Source of the DNA: Bdellovibrio sp.
Lineage (GTDB): Bacteria; Bdellovibrionota; Bdellovibrionia; Bdellovibrionales; Bdellovibrionaceae
Direction: 5' to 3'
Length of the DNA: 20,590 bases
Assembly: GCA_046318155.1 (NCBI GenBank)
Contig: JBKCUU010000097.1
Location: forward strand, 1-20,590
Below the pieces are notes generated by a model. The model ran no database searches. It saw only the letters and a program-made list of their open reading frames with translations, and had not been told where the DNA came from. The position numbers and the translations under genes were made by a program. This document shows positions 1-8,424 of the stretch, piece by piece. Numbering within the stretch: the first letter of the stretch is position 1; every line of letters begins with the position of its first letter.

Positions 1-24
1 TCTGCATTGGGAAGCAGGCACTCT

Positions 25-948
25 TTAGCTCAAGTGGTCGTTGACGTTGATTTTAGGGAAAATCACTTTTTGGATTTCGACGGATTTACCAGATGTTGTC
101 GTCGCAGTTTCTCGGGCGCGCACGGGCTCAAGCTTGGCGGCGGCTTTCTTGGTCAAATTCTGACCCGGCATTTCAATGATGGGTGCCAGTCTTGGTTTAA
201 CATCCTGAAAAGGGCTTTCTTCAGTTGTAGCGCTCACCGTTTGGCGAAACTTTTCACCTAAATCGGACAATGCAACCTCAGGACGCTCATGCGAACCCAC
301 CGGCGATGCCTTTTTAAAACCAAGCGCAGGTGCTGTTGTTTGAATATCAGGAAATCGGTCGTGCGCACGGGCCAAGGGTCTAAGATCGATACTGGGTGAG
401 GCGTGCGCGTCCATGGCTTGTATGCCCAACTCTTGCTTCGCCCACTCGGGCAGTTCTTCTTCTGAAAACTGCAGTTGATCGCGATTCACTTTGGCGATCA
501 TTTCGATTTCGCCGCGGCTTAAGTTCACTTCTTCGGCGATTTCATCGATCGAAGCGCCTTGATGAGCCATGCGCGCAGCTTTGACAAATTTCAACGTATT
601 TTGGCGTTCGATAATTTCTTGATGAGGGATTCGGTCTTGAAAAATCTGGGCCACTTCCAAACTTTTGTTCATCGAAGTTTCAATTTTTTGGATTTGCTTG
701 TCAGCATTGTGGATCTGACTTTGAACTTCTTTAGCTTTGGACTCGAGTAAACCCGTCAGCTGCTGAACTTGGTTTTCAATTTGATCACTCAAGTCTTCGA
801 GCACTGCAATTTTACTTTGCAAAAGCTGCAAGCCACGACTCAAACGTGGATCATCTTTTTGTGGACGCGTGAGCTTGACCCAAACAAAGGCAACTCCCGC
901 AAAAAGAATCAAATCAACCAGCACTTGTACTAAAATACCAAAGGACAC
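25..948 (-). CDS. Membrane-anchored coiled-coil protein with DUF2802-like HTH domain (FipA-like) and disordered C-terminal tail
   Basis: GTG start with GGGAG RBS. N-terminal TM (ILVQVLVDLILFAGVAFVWV), Q/E/K/L heptad coiled coil, then VKAARMAHQGASIDEIAEEVNLSRGEIEMI resembling DUF2802. Confidence 0.7.
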   Translation of the reverse strand: MSFGILVQVLVDLILFAGVAFVWVKLTRPQKDDPRLSRGLQLLQSKIAVLEDLSDQIENQVQQLTGLLESKAKEVQSQIHNADKQIQKIETSMNKSLEVAQIFQDRIPHQEIIERQNTLKFVKAARMAHQGASIDEIAEEVNLSRGEIEMIAKVNRDQLQFSEEELPEWAKQELGIQAMDAHASPSIDLRPLARAHDRFPDIQTTAPALGFKKASPVGSHERPEVALSDLGEKFRQTVSATTEESPFQDVKPRLAPIIEMPGQNLTKKAAAKLEPVRARETATTTSGKSVEIQKVIFPKINVNDHLS

Positions 949-1100
949 GTCATGTCTCCCCGCTAAAACATTCTTCTTTTATTTTACGGGGTTAGGACGA
1001 ACTCTTGCGAGCCAAACCTGAAGGGCTAGCCCCAAGGAGGGGCTTTTACCCCCAGGTTCTCGATCTAGGTCGAGCACCCCTCGTCTATGACGGATTCGCC

Positions 1101-2303
1101 TTAGGCAAGTTGTGAGCCAAAGCTCGAGAAGCGCTCGGCCGCCTTTTGCAATTGCGCTTGGCTCGTTGCAAAACTCAAGCGCAAGTAGCCCTCCAGCCCA
1201 AACTCAATCCCGGGCACCGTTGCAACCGCCTCGATATCCAAAAGCAGATCCGCAAGAGTGGCGCTGTTGACAATTTTTTTGCCAGAGTCCTTGTGCGTTT
1301 TTCCCATCCAGCTTGTGCAGTCGAGCCAGATATAAAAAGCGCCATCAGGCTTGATAGGAGTCAGCCCCTGAATACCCGTCAGACTTTCTTGAAAGCTGGA
1401 CAAGCGCGGGCGCAAGATTTCGCGAACTTTTTTAACTTCACCCTCGGTGTTTTCAAGAGCTTTTAAGGTCGCCTTTTGCGTGATGCTGCAAACATTGGAG
1501 GTGCTTTGCGAGAAAAAATCACCCAAGACTTTAGCCAGAATTGGTGGGCACGCGGCCCAACCGATCCGCCATCCCGTCATTGAAAAAGACTTCGAGGCGC
1601 CATTAACTGCGACGGTTCGAGACTGAAGATCCGGAGCCACGTGCAAAAGATGAGGCGCGACTTTTTCGTCGGTGAAAACCAACCGGTTGTAAATGTCATC
1701 CGAAAGAACGACTACGTGAGGATGCTTTCGTAAGACGACGGCTAATTCCTTGAGCTCGCCTGCCGTATACGAAAGACCCGTCGGATTACTGGGACTGCAA
1801 AGCAAAAGAATCTTGGTTTTTGGCGAGATCGCTTTGTCGAGCTGGGCTGCTGTGAGTTTAAAATTTTGATGGGCAGGGCAATCTAAAATCACGGGAACGC
1901 CGGCCGCGAGTTCTACCATCGTCGGATACGAAACCCAATAGGGTGCTGGAATCAAAACTTCTTCACCTGGATTGAGCAGCATCTGCAAAGCGCCGTAGAT
2001 CACAAATTTAGCACCGGCCCCAACAACAACCTCGGAGTCTTTGACGGGGACGCGCAACTCTTCACTCAATGTTTTTGCCAAGGCGGTTCGCAGCTCAGGC
2101 ATGCCGGCCGCGGCGGTATATTTGGTGAAGCCCTCTTTGATCGCTTGGATCCCGGCCTCTGATGCAGCAAGCGCCGTTGGCCAATCGGGCTCACCGACAG
2201 TCAGTGAGACCACGTCTTTGCCGGACTTCGCGAGCTCGCGGGCGCGATTGGCCATCGCCATGGTCGGACTGGGTTTCAAGAGTTGAGCGCGAACTGAGAT
2301 CAT
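1101..2303 (-). CDS. aspC: PLP-dependent aminotransferase class I/II (aspartate aminotransferase family)
   Basis: Motifs SLTVGEPD, KYT..AG..ELR, PYWVSY, SPSNPTG, SDDIY, and PLP lysine motif GASKSFSMTGWRIG; C-terminal YLRLSFA. Confidence 0.93.
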   Translation of the reverse strand: MISVRAQLLKPSPTMAMANRARELAKSGKDVVSLTVGEPDWPTALAASEAGIQAIKEGFTKYTAAAGMPELRTALAKTLSEELRVPVKDSEVVVGAGAKFVIYGALQMLLNPGEEVLIPAPYWVSYPTMVELAAGVPVILDCPAHQNFKLTAAQLDKAISPKTKILLLCSPSNPTGLSYTAGELKELAVVLRKHPHVVVLSDDIYNRLVFTDEKVAPHLLHVAPDLQSRTVAVNGASKSFSMTGWRIGWAACPPILAKVLGDFFSQSTSNVCSITQKATLKALENTEGEVKKVREILRPRLSSFQESLTGIQGLTPIKPDGAFYIWLDCTSWMGKTHKDSGKKIVNSATLADLLLDIEAVATVPGIEFGLEGYLRLSFATSQAQLQKAAERFSSFGSQLA

Positions 2304-2332
2304 GAGGGCACCTCTTTAGGGCAGTTTCAAAT

Positions 2333-2827
2333 TCAAGAATGGCCGTACTTTTTATTGAGTGCCGCCAAAGCCGCGTCGGGAACTAATCCCTGCACCGAAC
2401 CTTTGATGCGCACAACTTCTTTCACTCCGCGTGAAGAGACGTAGTAAAACTCAGGTCTTGAAAAAACCAGCAGCGTTTCAATATCAGGTGACAGTTTTTT
2501 ATTCATGTTTGCCATCGACGTCTCATATTCAAAATCCATCACGGCGCGAAGACCTCGGATGATCACATTGGCTTTTTGCTCTTTCATGTAATCCACCGTC
2601 AGTCCCGAATGGGAATCGACGCGAACGTTTTTAAGATGGCCGAGGCATTTATTCAGAAGCTCTTGGCGTTCTCCAATCGTAAACAGTGACGAACTTTTAT
2701 CAGGCGCAACCGCGATCAGCACGATGACCTCATCAAAAACTTTTGCGATGCGCTCGATGATATCGAGGTGACCAAGATGGATAGGGTCGAAACTTCCGGG
2801 ATAAACGGCGCGCTTGGCGTTGGGCAT
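2333..2827 (-). CDS. coaD: Pantetheine-phosphate adenylyltransferase
   Basis: AVYPGSFDPIHLGHLDII, IIRGLRAVMDFEYE, VSSRGVKEV. Start re-assigned to ATG at 2827 (MPNAK...) with GAGAGG RBS; the track start at 2941 overlaps rsmD. Confidence 0.97.
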   Translation of the reverse strand: MPNAKRAVYPGSFDPIHLGHLDIIERIAKVFDEVIVLIAVAPDKSSSLFTIGERQELLNKCLGHLKNVRVDSHSGLTVDYMKEQKANVIIRGLRAVMDFEYETSMANMNKKLSPDIETLLVFSRPEFYYVSSRGVKEVVRIKGSVQGLVPDAALAALNKKYGHS

Positions 2828-2834
2828 AGGCCTC

Positions 2835-3380
2835 TCATTTTTGTCGAAAAAGGGACAAAAATTTGTCACCGAATTCTCGGACATCATAACGATAAAGGGT
2901 TCCGTAGTCGTCCCCAATTTTCTCTCGCCGCCCTGATTCAATCGAGATCAAAGTGCCCGCATGAAAAAGCTTCGAAACGGCGACAGCCTCCATGACATCG
3001 TGGGCCATCTCTTCGGTAAACGGAGGATCAATGAAAATCAGATCAAAGGGCTTCTCGGAGAACGATCTGGCGTAGGCGACTGCGTCTTTCAGAACAATTG
3101 CAAGAGGCTCATCGACTTTTAACTTTTGCAGATTCTTTTTGAGGATCTCGATCGATTTGCGATTTTTATCCACAAAAACGACTTCACCCGCACCTCGCGA
3201 GAGCGCTTCGAGCCCTAAACTACCAGTGCCACAAAAGAGATCCAGAACTCGAGCGTCGGGCACATCATGCTGCCAAATATTGAAGAGACTCTCTTTGACC
3301 CGATCTGTAGTGGGACGGAGATGAGACGCCTGAAACGGCACCAAACGGTGACCTTTGTATTTTCCGCCGACAATTCGCAT
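2835..3380 (-). CDS. rsmD: 16S rRNA (guanine(966)-N2)-methyltransferase
   Basis: MRIVGGKYKG, RPTTDRVKESLFN, LDLFCGTGSLGLEALSRGA, DLIFIDPPF; the rsmD-coaD adjacency is conserved. Confidence 0.96.
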   Translation of the reverse strand: MRIVGGKYKGHRLVPFQASHLRPTTDRVKESLFNIWQHDVPDARVLDLFCGTGSLGLEALSRGAGEVVFVDKNRKSIEILKKNLQKLKVDEPLAIVLKDAVAYARSFSEKPFDLIFIDPPFTEEMAHDVMEAVAVSKLFHAGTLISIESGRREKIGDDYGTLYRYDVREFGDKFLSLFRQK

Positions 3381-3383
3381 GCG

Positions 3384-3773
3384 TTACTTTTGCCCGATGT
3401 GCTGGATGAAGTTCAAGATCTCTTCGCGCTTTTTTTGGGGCAAGGAGCGAAAGTGCATCTCAACGGTGAAGCTTTTCTTCAACTCTTTGTCTTGCAGCTC
3501 ACCAATGGCGTCATAGGTCTTCACAATCTTGATCGGCACGTCAAAATATTTTTCGAATACGGGTAACGAGAACCGAGCTTGATAGTTACCCCCTACCTTA
3601 AAGTGATGCCTGCCGACCGGGCGCATGAGAAAGCCAACATCGGTCAGTTTGTGGATCTTTCCCGCAATAGGGGGCGCGCCTTCGGTCTTGATGATCTCAA
3701 CGAAAAAGGGATATGGCTGGAGGCGCTTGACTTGCGTGGAACTAGTTCCTGACGGTCTTTTTTTCTGCACCAT
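3384..3773 (-). CDS. PilZ-like beta-barrel protein, degenerate c-di-GMP motifs
   Basis: GKIHKLTDVGFL resembles the PilZ D/NxSxxG strand; IKIVKTY and VEMHFRSLPQKKREEILNFI match the PilZ C-terminal pattern; no clear RxxxR. Confidence 0.6.
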   Translation of the reverse strand: MVQKKRPSGTSSTQVKRLQPYPFFVEIIKTEGAPPIAGKIHKLTDVGFLMRPVGRHHFKVGGNYQARFSLPVFEKYFDVPIKIVKTYDAIGELQDKELKKSFTVEMHFRSLPQKKREEILNFIQHIGQK

Positions 3774-4143
3774 GCTTGATTCCGCTTAACCTAAGCTCTT
3801 CCGCTATTTTAACTAAGGCAAAAATATCTTCAAATGGTTTGGGGACAAAAAGATCCGCACCGAGCCTTTGGGCTGTTTCGGGGTTGTGATCACCCGAGAA
3901 CGCCGAAATGAGAATAATTGTCGTCACTTGCTTGAGCTCTTGTTCAAGTTCCATCAAAACTTGAGGTCCCGTCAGTCCAGGCATCAAAACGTCGAGAAAA
4001 ACAACATCAGGACGTAAAGCCCGCCATTTTGTTAGGCCCTCTTGCCCGTCGAGAGCCTCATTGACCTCATGGCTTTTTGTCACCAGTGCGCGAGCTAATG
4101 ACCTTCGAACCAGCGGCTCATCATCAATAATCAAAAATTTCAT
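3742..4143 (-). CDS. Single-domain (CheY-like) response regulator
   Basis: LIIDDE, phosphoacceptor VVFLDVLMPGLTG, ISA, FVPKPF; no output domain; ATGA overlap with the kinase. Confidence 0.92.
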   Translation of the reverse strand: MKFLIIDDEPLVRRSLARALVTKSHEVNEALDGQEGLTKWRALRPDVVFLDVLMPGLTGPQVLMELEQELKQVTTIILISAFSGDHNPETAQRLGADLFVPKPFEDIFALVKIAEELRLSGIKHGAEKKTVRN

Positions 4144-6194
4144 GTCGCCGCCTCTACTCTCGGCAATTCGAACCAGAACGAAGCGCCTTTGCCTTCGAAT
4201 GAGTCCACGCCGATTTTTCCCGAAAAACTCTCGACGATTTCTTTAGAAAGGCTCAATCCCAGTCCCGTCCCGCTTCCCTCACGCTTTGTGGTGAAAAAAG
4301 GTTCAAAGATTTGTCCCTTGATCGCTTCAGGAACTCCGGGGCCAGTATCACGTACCCAAAGGCGCACGTACGCGCCGCGATCTTCAGTCTCGATTGTCAA
4401 AATCCCCTGCTTTTCCATGGCCTGACAAGCATTGTGCACCAAATTGAAAATCACCTGCTGCAGCAATTGTGGTTCAGCACGAACAGACAGCCCCGCCGTT
4501 GTCAGCTCTTTGTTCAGGCGATGAAAACGCATGGCTGTTTTGAGAAAGGGCAGGGTTTTCTCGACGAGGTCATCAAGATGGACACTTTGCAGATTTTTCT
4601 CATCGTGATTAACAAAATCCAAAAGATTGCGAATAATTTTTTGACAGCGCTCGGAGGCCTTTTCAATTTCGTTAAGATCCTGGGCTGTTTGCGTTTTGGC
4701 ATCCAAGCCCATGCGCAAAACTTGCGCCAACGACCGAAGACCCGTCAGTGGATTGTTCAGCTCGTGCGCAATGTTGCCGGCGAGCAAACCCAGCGCACCC
4801 ATCTTTTCGCTCTGCAAAAGGCGCATATAAATTTCGCGCGCTTGCGTTTGGTCGACGTACTGATTCACGACGTTGGTAGGTTTACCACCGGGCACAAGTG
4901 AAATTGGGTAAGAGTAAACCTCGTACAATCGGCCGTTACGTCGAATCTCGCCCTTGGCTGCTTGACCCGTCATCAAAACCTGTGGGACGGGACAACCTTC
5001 ACAGCGCTCGTCGCGGCCAGCAAAACTCTTGTAACAAACATCTTTAATCAAGTGGTCCGAAAACTTTTTATTTGAGCGCAACACGCGGTCCGAGCGGTCA
5101 ATGATCGCGATGGGATCTTTGAGACCATCAAAAGTTTTTTCCCACCTGTAAGAAAAATGCGTGAGCTCGGATTCCATCCGCAAGCGTTCAATAGCGGTCG
5201 AAAATGGCTGCAAGCGCTCAAGACAAAAATCCAAAACTTGCGACACATCACCTTCGGGTAATGAATTCTCAAGTACCAGCTGAAAAGTAGGCTCGAGCGC
5301 CACATCCTGCGAACTCACATCAATCGGAATCACCAGGGCTTTGCCAAAAGGTCTGGCAAAATAGTTTGCCAGCTTTTTACTCATATCAGGATCCTGCAAA
5401 TGGATGTGAGGAACAAAGGCCATGGCGTGAGGCCATGGTCTGGTTTGCATCATCGAGTTGCGCCAATACACAATCTGCGGCCCGCGCGAATCGACTTCAT
5501 AAATCAGTACGGGATCGTGCACTTGGTGAAATGACCGTAAATCACGACGCAAAAGATCGATTAAATCTTCAAATGAAGAGCTGCCCGAGAGCTCTTGAAT
5601 AAAGCGAATCAGCCCACGAATGCGCGAGACCTTTTCTTCTTCAAACTCTTTTGAGATTTGGATGTGATGCGTTCGCTCTTCAACCAAGCTTTCGAGGCTC
5701 GCGGTCAGCTTTTCGAGCTCACGGTTCTGACGAGTCGACTCTTTCAGAAGGCGTAACCGCGAATCCAAAAGCTGTGCTTCGGTAACAGCCTCTCGCAAAG
5801 ACTCTTTGAGCCGGTCGTACTCAAGTGGCCAATTGATAATCGAAAACACCTCTCCTCGGTTCACGGCTTTACGCAAAATGCCAGAGCCCTTGATATCCTG
5901 GACCAAAACGCGAATTGAGCTGGGCGCACACTCGCGAAGTTCACGCATGATCTCGAGTTCGGAGTCCAGACTCGCATTCACCAAAACAAGACGAGCCTGC
6001 TTTAAGGCAGACTCGTCAAGGGCGTCGCGACTGTAGATCCACGCCCATCCCTGGAAGATGGGCTCTTGTTCCAGCTGATCAGCCAGCGCCGGACGAGTCG
6101 GTATTATCCACAGAATAGTCCCCTGAGGCTGACTCCCCGGGAGGTCCGGATTTTTTAAAGATACGGTCGGTGAGTTTTTTGCTGTCTTGCTCAT
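4140..6194 (-). CDS. Cytoplasmic sensor histidine kinase (pseudo-receiver / coiled coil / GAF-like / PAS / HisKA / HATPase)
   Basis: H-box IAHELNNPL, N-box NLVHNACQAM, G1 DTGPGV, F-box IFEPFFTTK, G2 GTGLGL; S-helix LESLVEERT; PAS WEKTFDGLKDPIAIID; no TM segment. Confidence 0.93.
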   Translation of the reverse strand: MSKTAKNSPTVSLKNPDLPGSQPQGTILWIIPTRPALADQLEQEPIFQGWAWIYSRDALDESALKQARLVLVNASLDSELEIMRELRECAPSSIRVLVQDIKGSGILRKAVNRGEVFSIINWPLEYDRLKESLREAVTEAQLLDSRLRLLKESTRQNRELEKLTASLESLVEERTHHIQISKEFEEEKVSRIRGLIRFIQELSGSSSFEDLIDLLRRDLRSFHQVHDPVLIYEVDSRGPQIVYWRNSMMQTRPWPHAMAFVPHIHLQDPDMSKKLANYFARPFGKALVIPIDVSSQDVALEPTFQLVLENSLPEGDVSQVLDFCLERLQPFSTAIERLRMESELTHFSYRWEKTFDGLKDPIAIIDRSDRVLRSNKKFSDHLIKDVCYKSFAGRDERCEGCPVPQVLMTGQAAKGEIRRNGRLYEVYSYPISLVPGGKPTNVVNQYVDQTQAREIYMRLLQSEKMGALGLLAGNIAHELNNPLTGLRSLAQVLRMGLDAKTQTAQDLNEIEKASERCQKIIRNLLDFVNHDEKNLQSVHLDDLVEKTLPFLKTAMRFHRLNKELTTAGLSVRAEPQLLQQVIFNLVHNACQAMEKQGILTIETEDRGAYVRLWVRDTGPGVPEAIKGQIFEPFFTTKREGSGTGLGLSLSKEIVESFSGKIGVDSFEGKGASFWFELPRVEAAT

Positions 6195-6804
6195 TTTCTG
6201 CTCTTAGTTGACCACCCAGGTCTTTCAGGAGATCAAACCATGCCTGCAGAGCATTGGCTATATCATACTCAAGAACATCGGCTAGAATGGCGAAGTCTTT
6301 TTTCTCAAAGGCGCCGAGGGCTTGACCCACGGCTTCGGTCATCAGCTTTTCGTTTTGCATCCAGATCGCGCGGTCCATAAAAAGATCTGTGTCGATAATC
6401 GAATCCATCGACACCAAGCTCTCGATCAAGAATTGGCACGAGTCAATCAGTTGCACAAACGGCGTGTACTGGCCCTCGATTCCTTTGAGTCGCAGACTTT
6501 GCGCTAAGTTATCAGAAAGCGTGACCATCTTGGGTAACTCCAGCTCCCAATTATGAACGATGTCGATCAAAAGGGCAGATGGTTTCTCTGAGCGGACCTC
6601 GACCTTTTGAATATCGCTCATCTTCGTGGCACCGAGTTTTACCTCGTCACTTTCGTGAAGAGCGAGATCATTGATGACGAACTGGCACACGACCTCGCCG
6701 CGCTTTTGAAATTCCGCTTCTAGCCGCTGAATAAGATCTTTGAGACTGTCACAGCCAAAGTAGGTCTGCTCAAGCTCGGCAGGCGTAATCATCGTCGACT
6801 TCAT
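6079..6804 (-). CDS. Conserved helical hypothetical protein with 'DFAILADVLEYDI' motif, as seen in flagellar/Maf-associated proteins
   Basis: 241-aa ORF, ATGA-coupled to upstream GT9. Predicted alpha-helical C-terminal half; the tail overlaps the kinase by 116 nt. Confidence 0.75.
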   Translation of the reverse strand: MKSTMITPAELEQTYFGCDSLKDLIQRLEAEFQKRGEVVCQFVINDLALHESDEVKLGATKMSDIQKVEVRSEKPSALLIDIVHNWELELPKMVTLSDNLAQSLRLKGIEGQYTPFVQLIDSCQFLIESLVSMDSIIDTDLFMDRAIWMQNEKLMTEAVGQALGAFEKKDFAILADVLEYDIANALQAWFDLLKDLGGQLRAENEQDSKKLTDRIFKKSGPPGESASGDYSVDNTDSSGAG

Positions 6805-8279
6805 GGCCCCTCACTTTCAACTTTAGAAGCATTTGCGTTTACCAGAACCTCTTGCATATCAGCGTAAACCAACAGAACCTGATGAAAAAGATTTTGAATT
6901 TCAATCGTGCGAGCCAAGACCTTTGTCGTGTCACCCGGTGGTATTCGAATTTTTTCGGTCTGGTACCAGCGAATCACCGGGCCCCACGAAGGCACAAGTT
7001 TACCGATCGCCGCCAAGACTTCTTCGCCGCGGTTGATGAGTTCTGCTTTTTCTTCAATGGTGGCACCGTTTTGAAGATGCGTCATCTGATCGATCAAAAA
7101 CTGATTCACCTCAAACAACTGCTTATGGGCTTCCCAGAAGTTAGCGCTCACGGGTTCAGGAAAGGGGTCACCTTGGTAAACGGCTTGAACCAATTTCCAA
7201 TGAAACTCGGCCTCTTTTGGAAAGAGTCCCACATAGCTCGGGGTCCCCGCCTGAACCTGACTTAAGCCAATTTCAATCTTTTGTCCTTCGAGCATCGCTT
7301 TCATCGTGCGCGCGACCCGGTCAGAGGCGACATCAGTCTCATTCGCAGCTCTTAAGACCACACTGCCTTTAGACCGCGGACCGGTCTCCCAAAAGTTAAC
7401 GCGTCCCACGCTGATATTGAAGCACTTGGTTCCTGATAAACTAGCCATATGCATGGGCGCACTGTCAGGCCCCACCAAGAGCGCCGCCTGTGCGACGATC
7501 GAGAATGTTTCAGTCACACTTGTACGGCCGACAAAATCATGAATCTCAATTCCCGAGACCGACGAAAGAATCGTTTCTGCAATGGTGCGCTCGCCTTCGG
7601 CCCCAATCAACGCGACTGCCGTGGTTTTTGCGGGCAATGTTTTGAAATGGCTGATGATCGAGATCCACTTCTCGGGACTTAACGTTTTATGCCCTTCGCT
7701 GGCACCTACGTGGCAGGCTACAAAGGGACCTTGGATTTTGGTGTCAAACTTTGCAATTTCAGGTGCGGCCCAATCCGCGTCCGTCAAATCGGCCGAGCAC
7801 AGTGTCCCAAAAATTTCGGCCAAGTGAAATCGGTTCGCACGGCCAGGGCCAACTTGCGCGTAAAAGTACGCACTCATGTCATCTGGAATGCTTAAAAATC
7901 CATCGTCGGTGCGCGAGTAACCGACCACCTTCGAGGGGTCGGCTTGCACCAGATGAGCAATATAGGAACTGACTGGCGAGAACGAAAGATTAATCACCTG
8001 ATCAAATCCTCGTAAACGCAACTCTTGGATAAATTTTTTAAGTGTTGCATGCGAAAGACCCGGGTCCATGTTGTCTTGCACCAGTGGCGCTAAGACGGCT
8101 TTCAGGGGTAACGTGACGATGTCATCAATGGCATCAAGCCCTGTTGCTGCCTGAACAAACTTCTCACGCGTGAGAAGCGTAATTTTGGCCGTCGGGTGTT
8201 GCTTTTTGAGGGCGCGAATGGCGGGCCAACTCAAATAGATGTCACCGAGTCTGGCGAGTTGTAGAATCAGAATCTTCAT
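6801..8279 (-). CDS. Glycosyltransferase family 9 (heptosyltransferase-like GT-B) with C-terminal helical extension
   Basis: KILILQLARLGDIYLSWPAIRALKKQHPTAKITLL, FDQVINL, HVGAS..K, DFVGRTSV, LVGPDSAPMHMAS. At 492 aa it is longer than typical WaaC/WaaF. Confidence 0.9.
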   Translation of the reverse strand: MKILILQLARLGDIYLSWPAIRALKKQHPTAKITLLTREKFVQAATGLDAIDDIVTLPLKAVLAPLVQDNMDPGLSHATLKKFIQELRLRGFDQVINLSFSPVSSYIAHLVQADPSKVVGYSRTDDGFLSIPDDMSAYFYAQVGPGRANRFHLAEIFGTLCSADLTDADWAAPEIAKFDTKIQGPFVACHVGASEGHKTLSPEKWISIISHFKTLPAKTTAVALIGAEGERTIAETILSSVSGIEIHDFVGRTSVTETFSIVAQAALLVGPDSAPMHMASLSGTKCFNISVGRVNFWETGPRSKGSVVLRAANETDVASDRVARTMKAMLEGQKIEIGLSQVQAGTPSYVGLFPKEAEFHWKLVQAVYQGDPFPEPVSANFWEAHKQLFEVNQFLIDQMTHLQNGATIEEKAELINRGEEVLAAIGKLVPSWGPVIRWYQTEKIRIPPGDTTKVLARTIEIQNLFHQVLLVYADMQEVLVNANASKVESEGP

Positions 8280-8424
8280 GGGGCACCTGCTCTCGAACGA
8301 TCTCGGTTAATAGTTTTAAAATTTCAGTGTCTTCATTAAGACCCTGCGTCTTTGTTACTTCAGTGGTCGCCTTCTCTAGGCGCTTGAGCGCCATCCTCAG
8401 GTAACCTTCAAGCTCTTGCGCCAT
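8242..8424 (-). CDS. Small 60-aa helical protein between the two GT9 genes
   Basis: ATG with AAGAGGA RBS about 5 nt upstream; fills the gap exactly and overlaps both GT9 genes; two amphipathic helices. Confidence 0.6.
   Translation of the reverse strand: MAQELEGYLRMALKRLEKATTEVTKTQGLNEDTEILKLLTEIVREQVPHEDSDSTTRQTR

Noticed and set aside
1028..1047. Hairpin AGCCCC-AAGGA-GGGGCTTTT as terminator
   Set aside because: The T-tract is on the plus strand, where no supported gene ends; short stem.
2828..2941. N-terminal extension of coaD in the ORF track
   Set aside because: Overlaps rsmD; CoaD motifs and an RBS support the start at 2827.
4311..4901. 196-aa plus-strand ORF (and the other short antisense or nested ORFs in the track)
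   Set aside because: They lie opposite or within well-supported genes, with no independent evidence.
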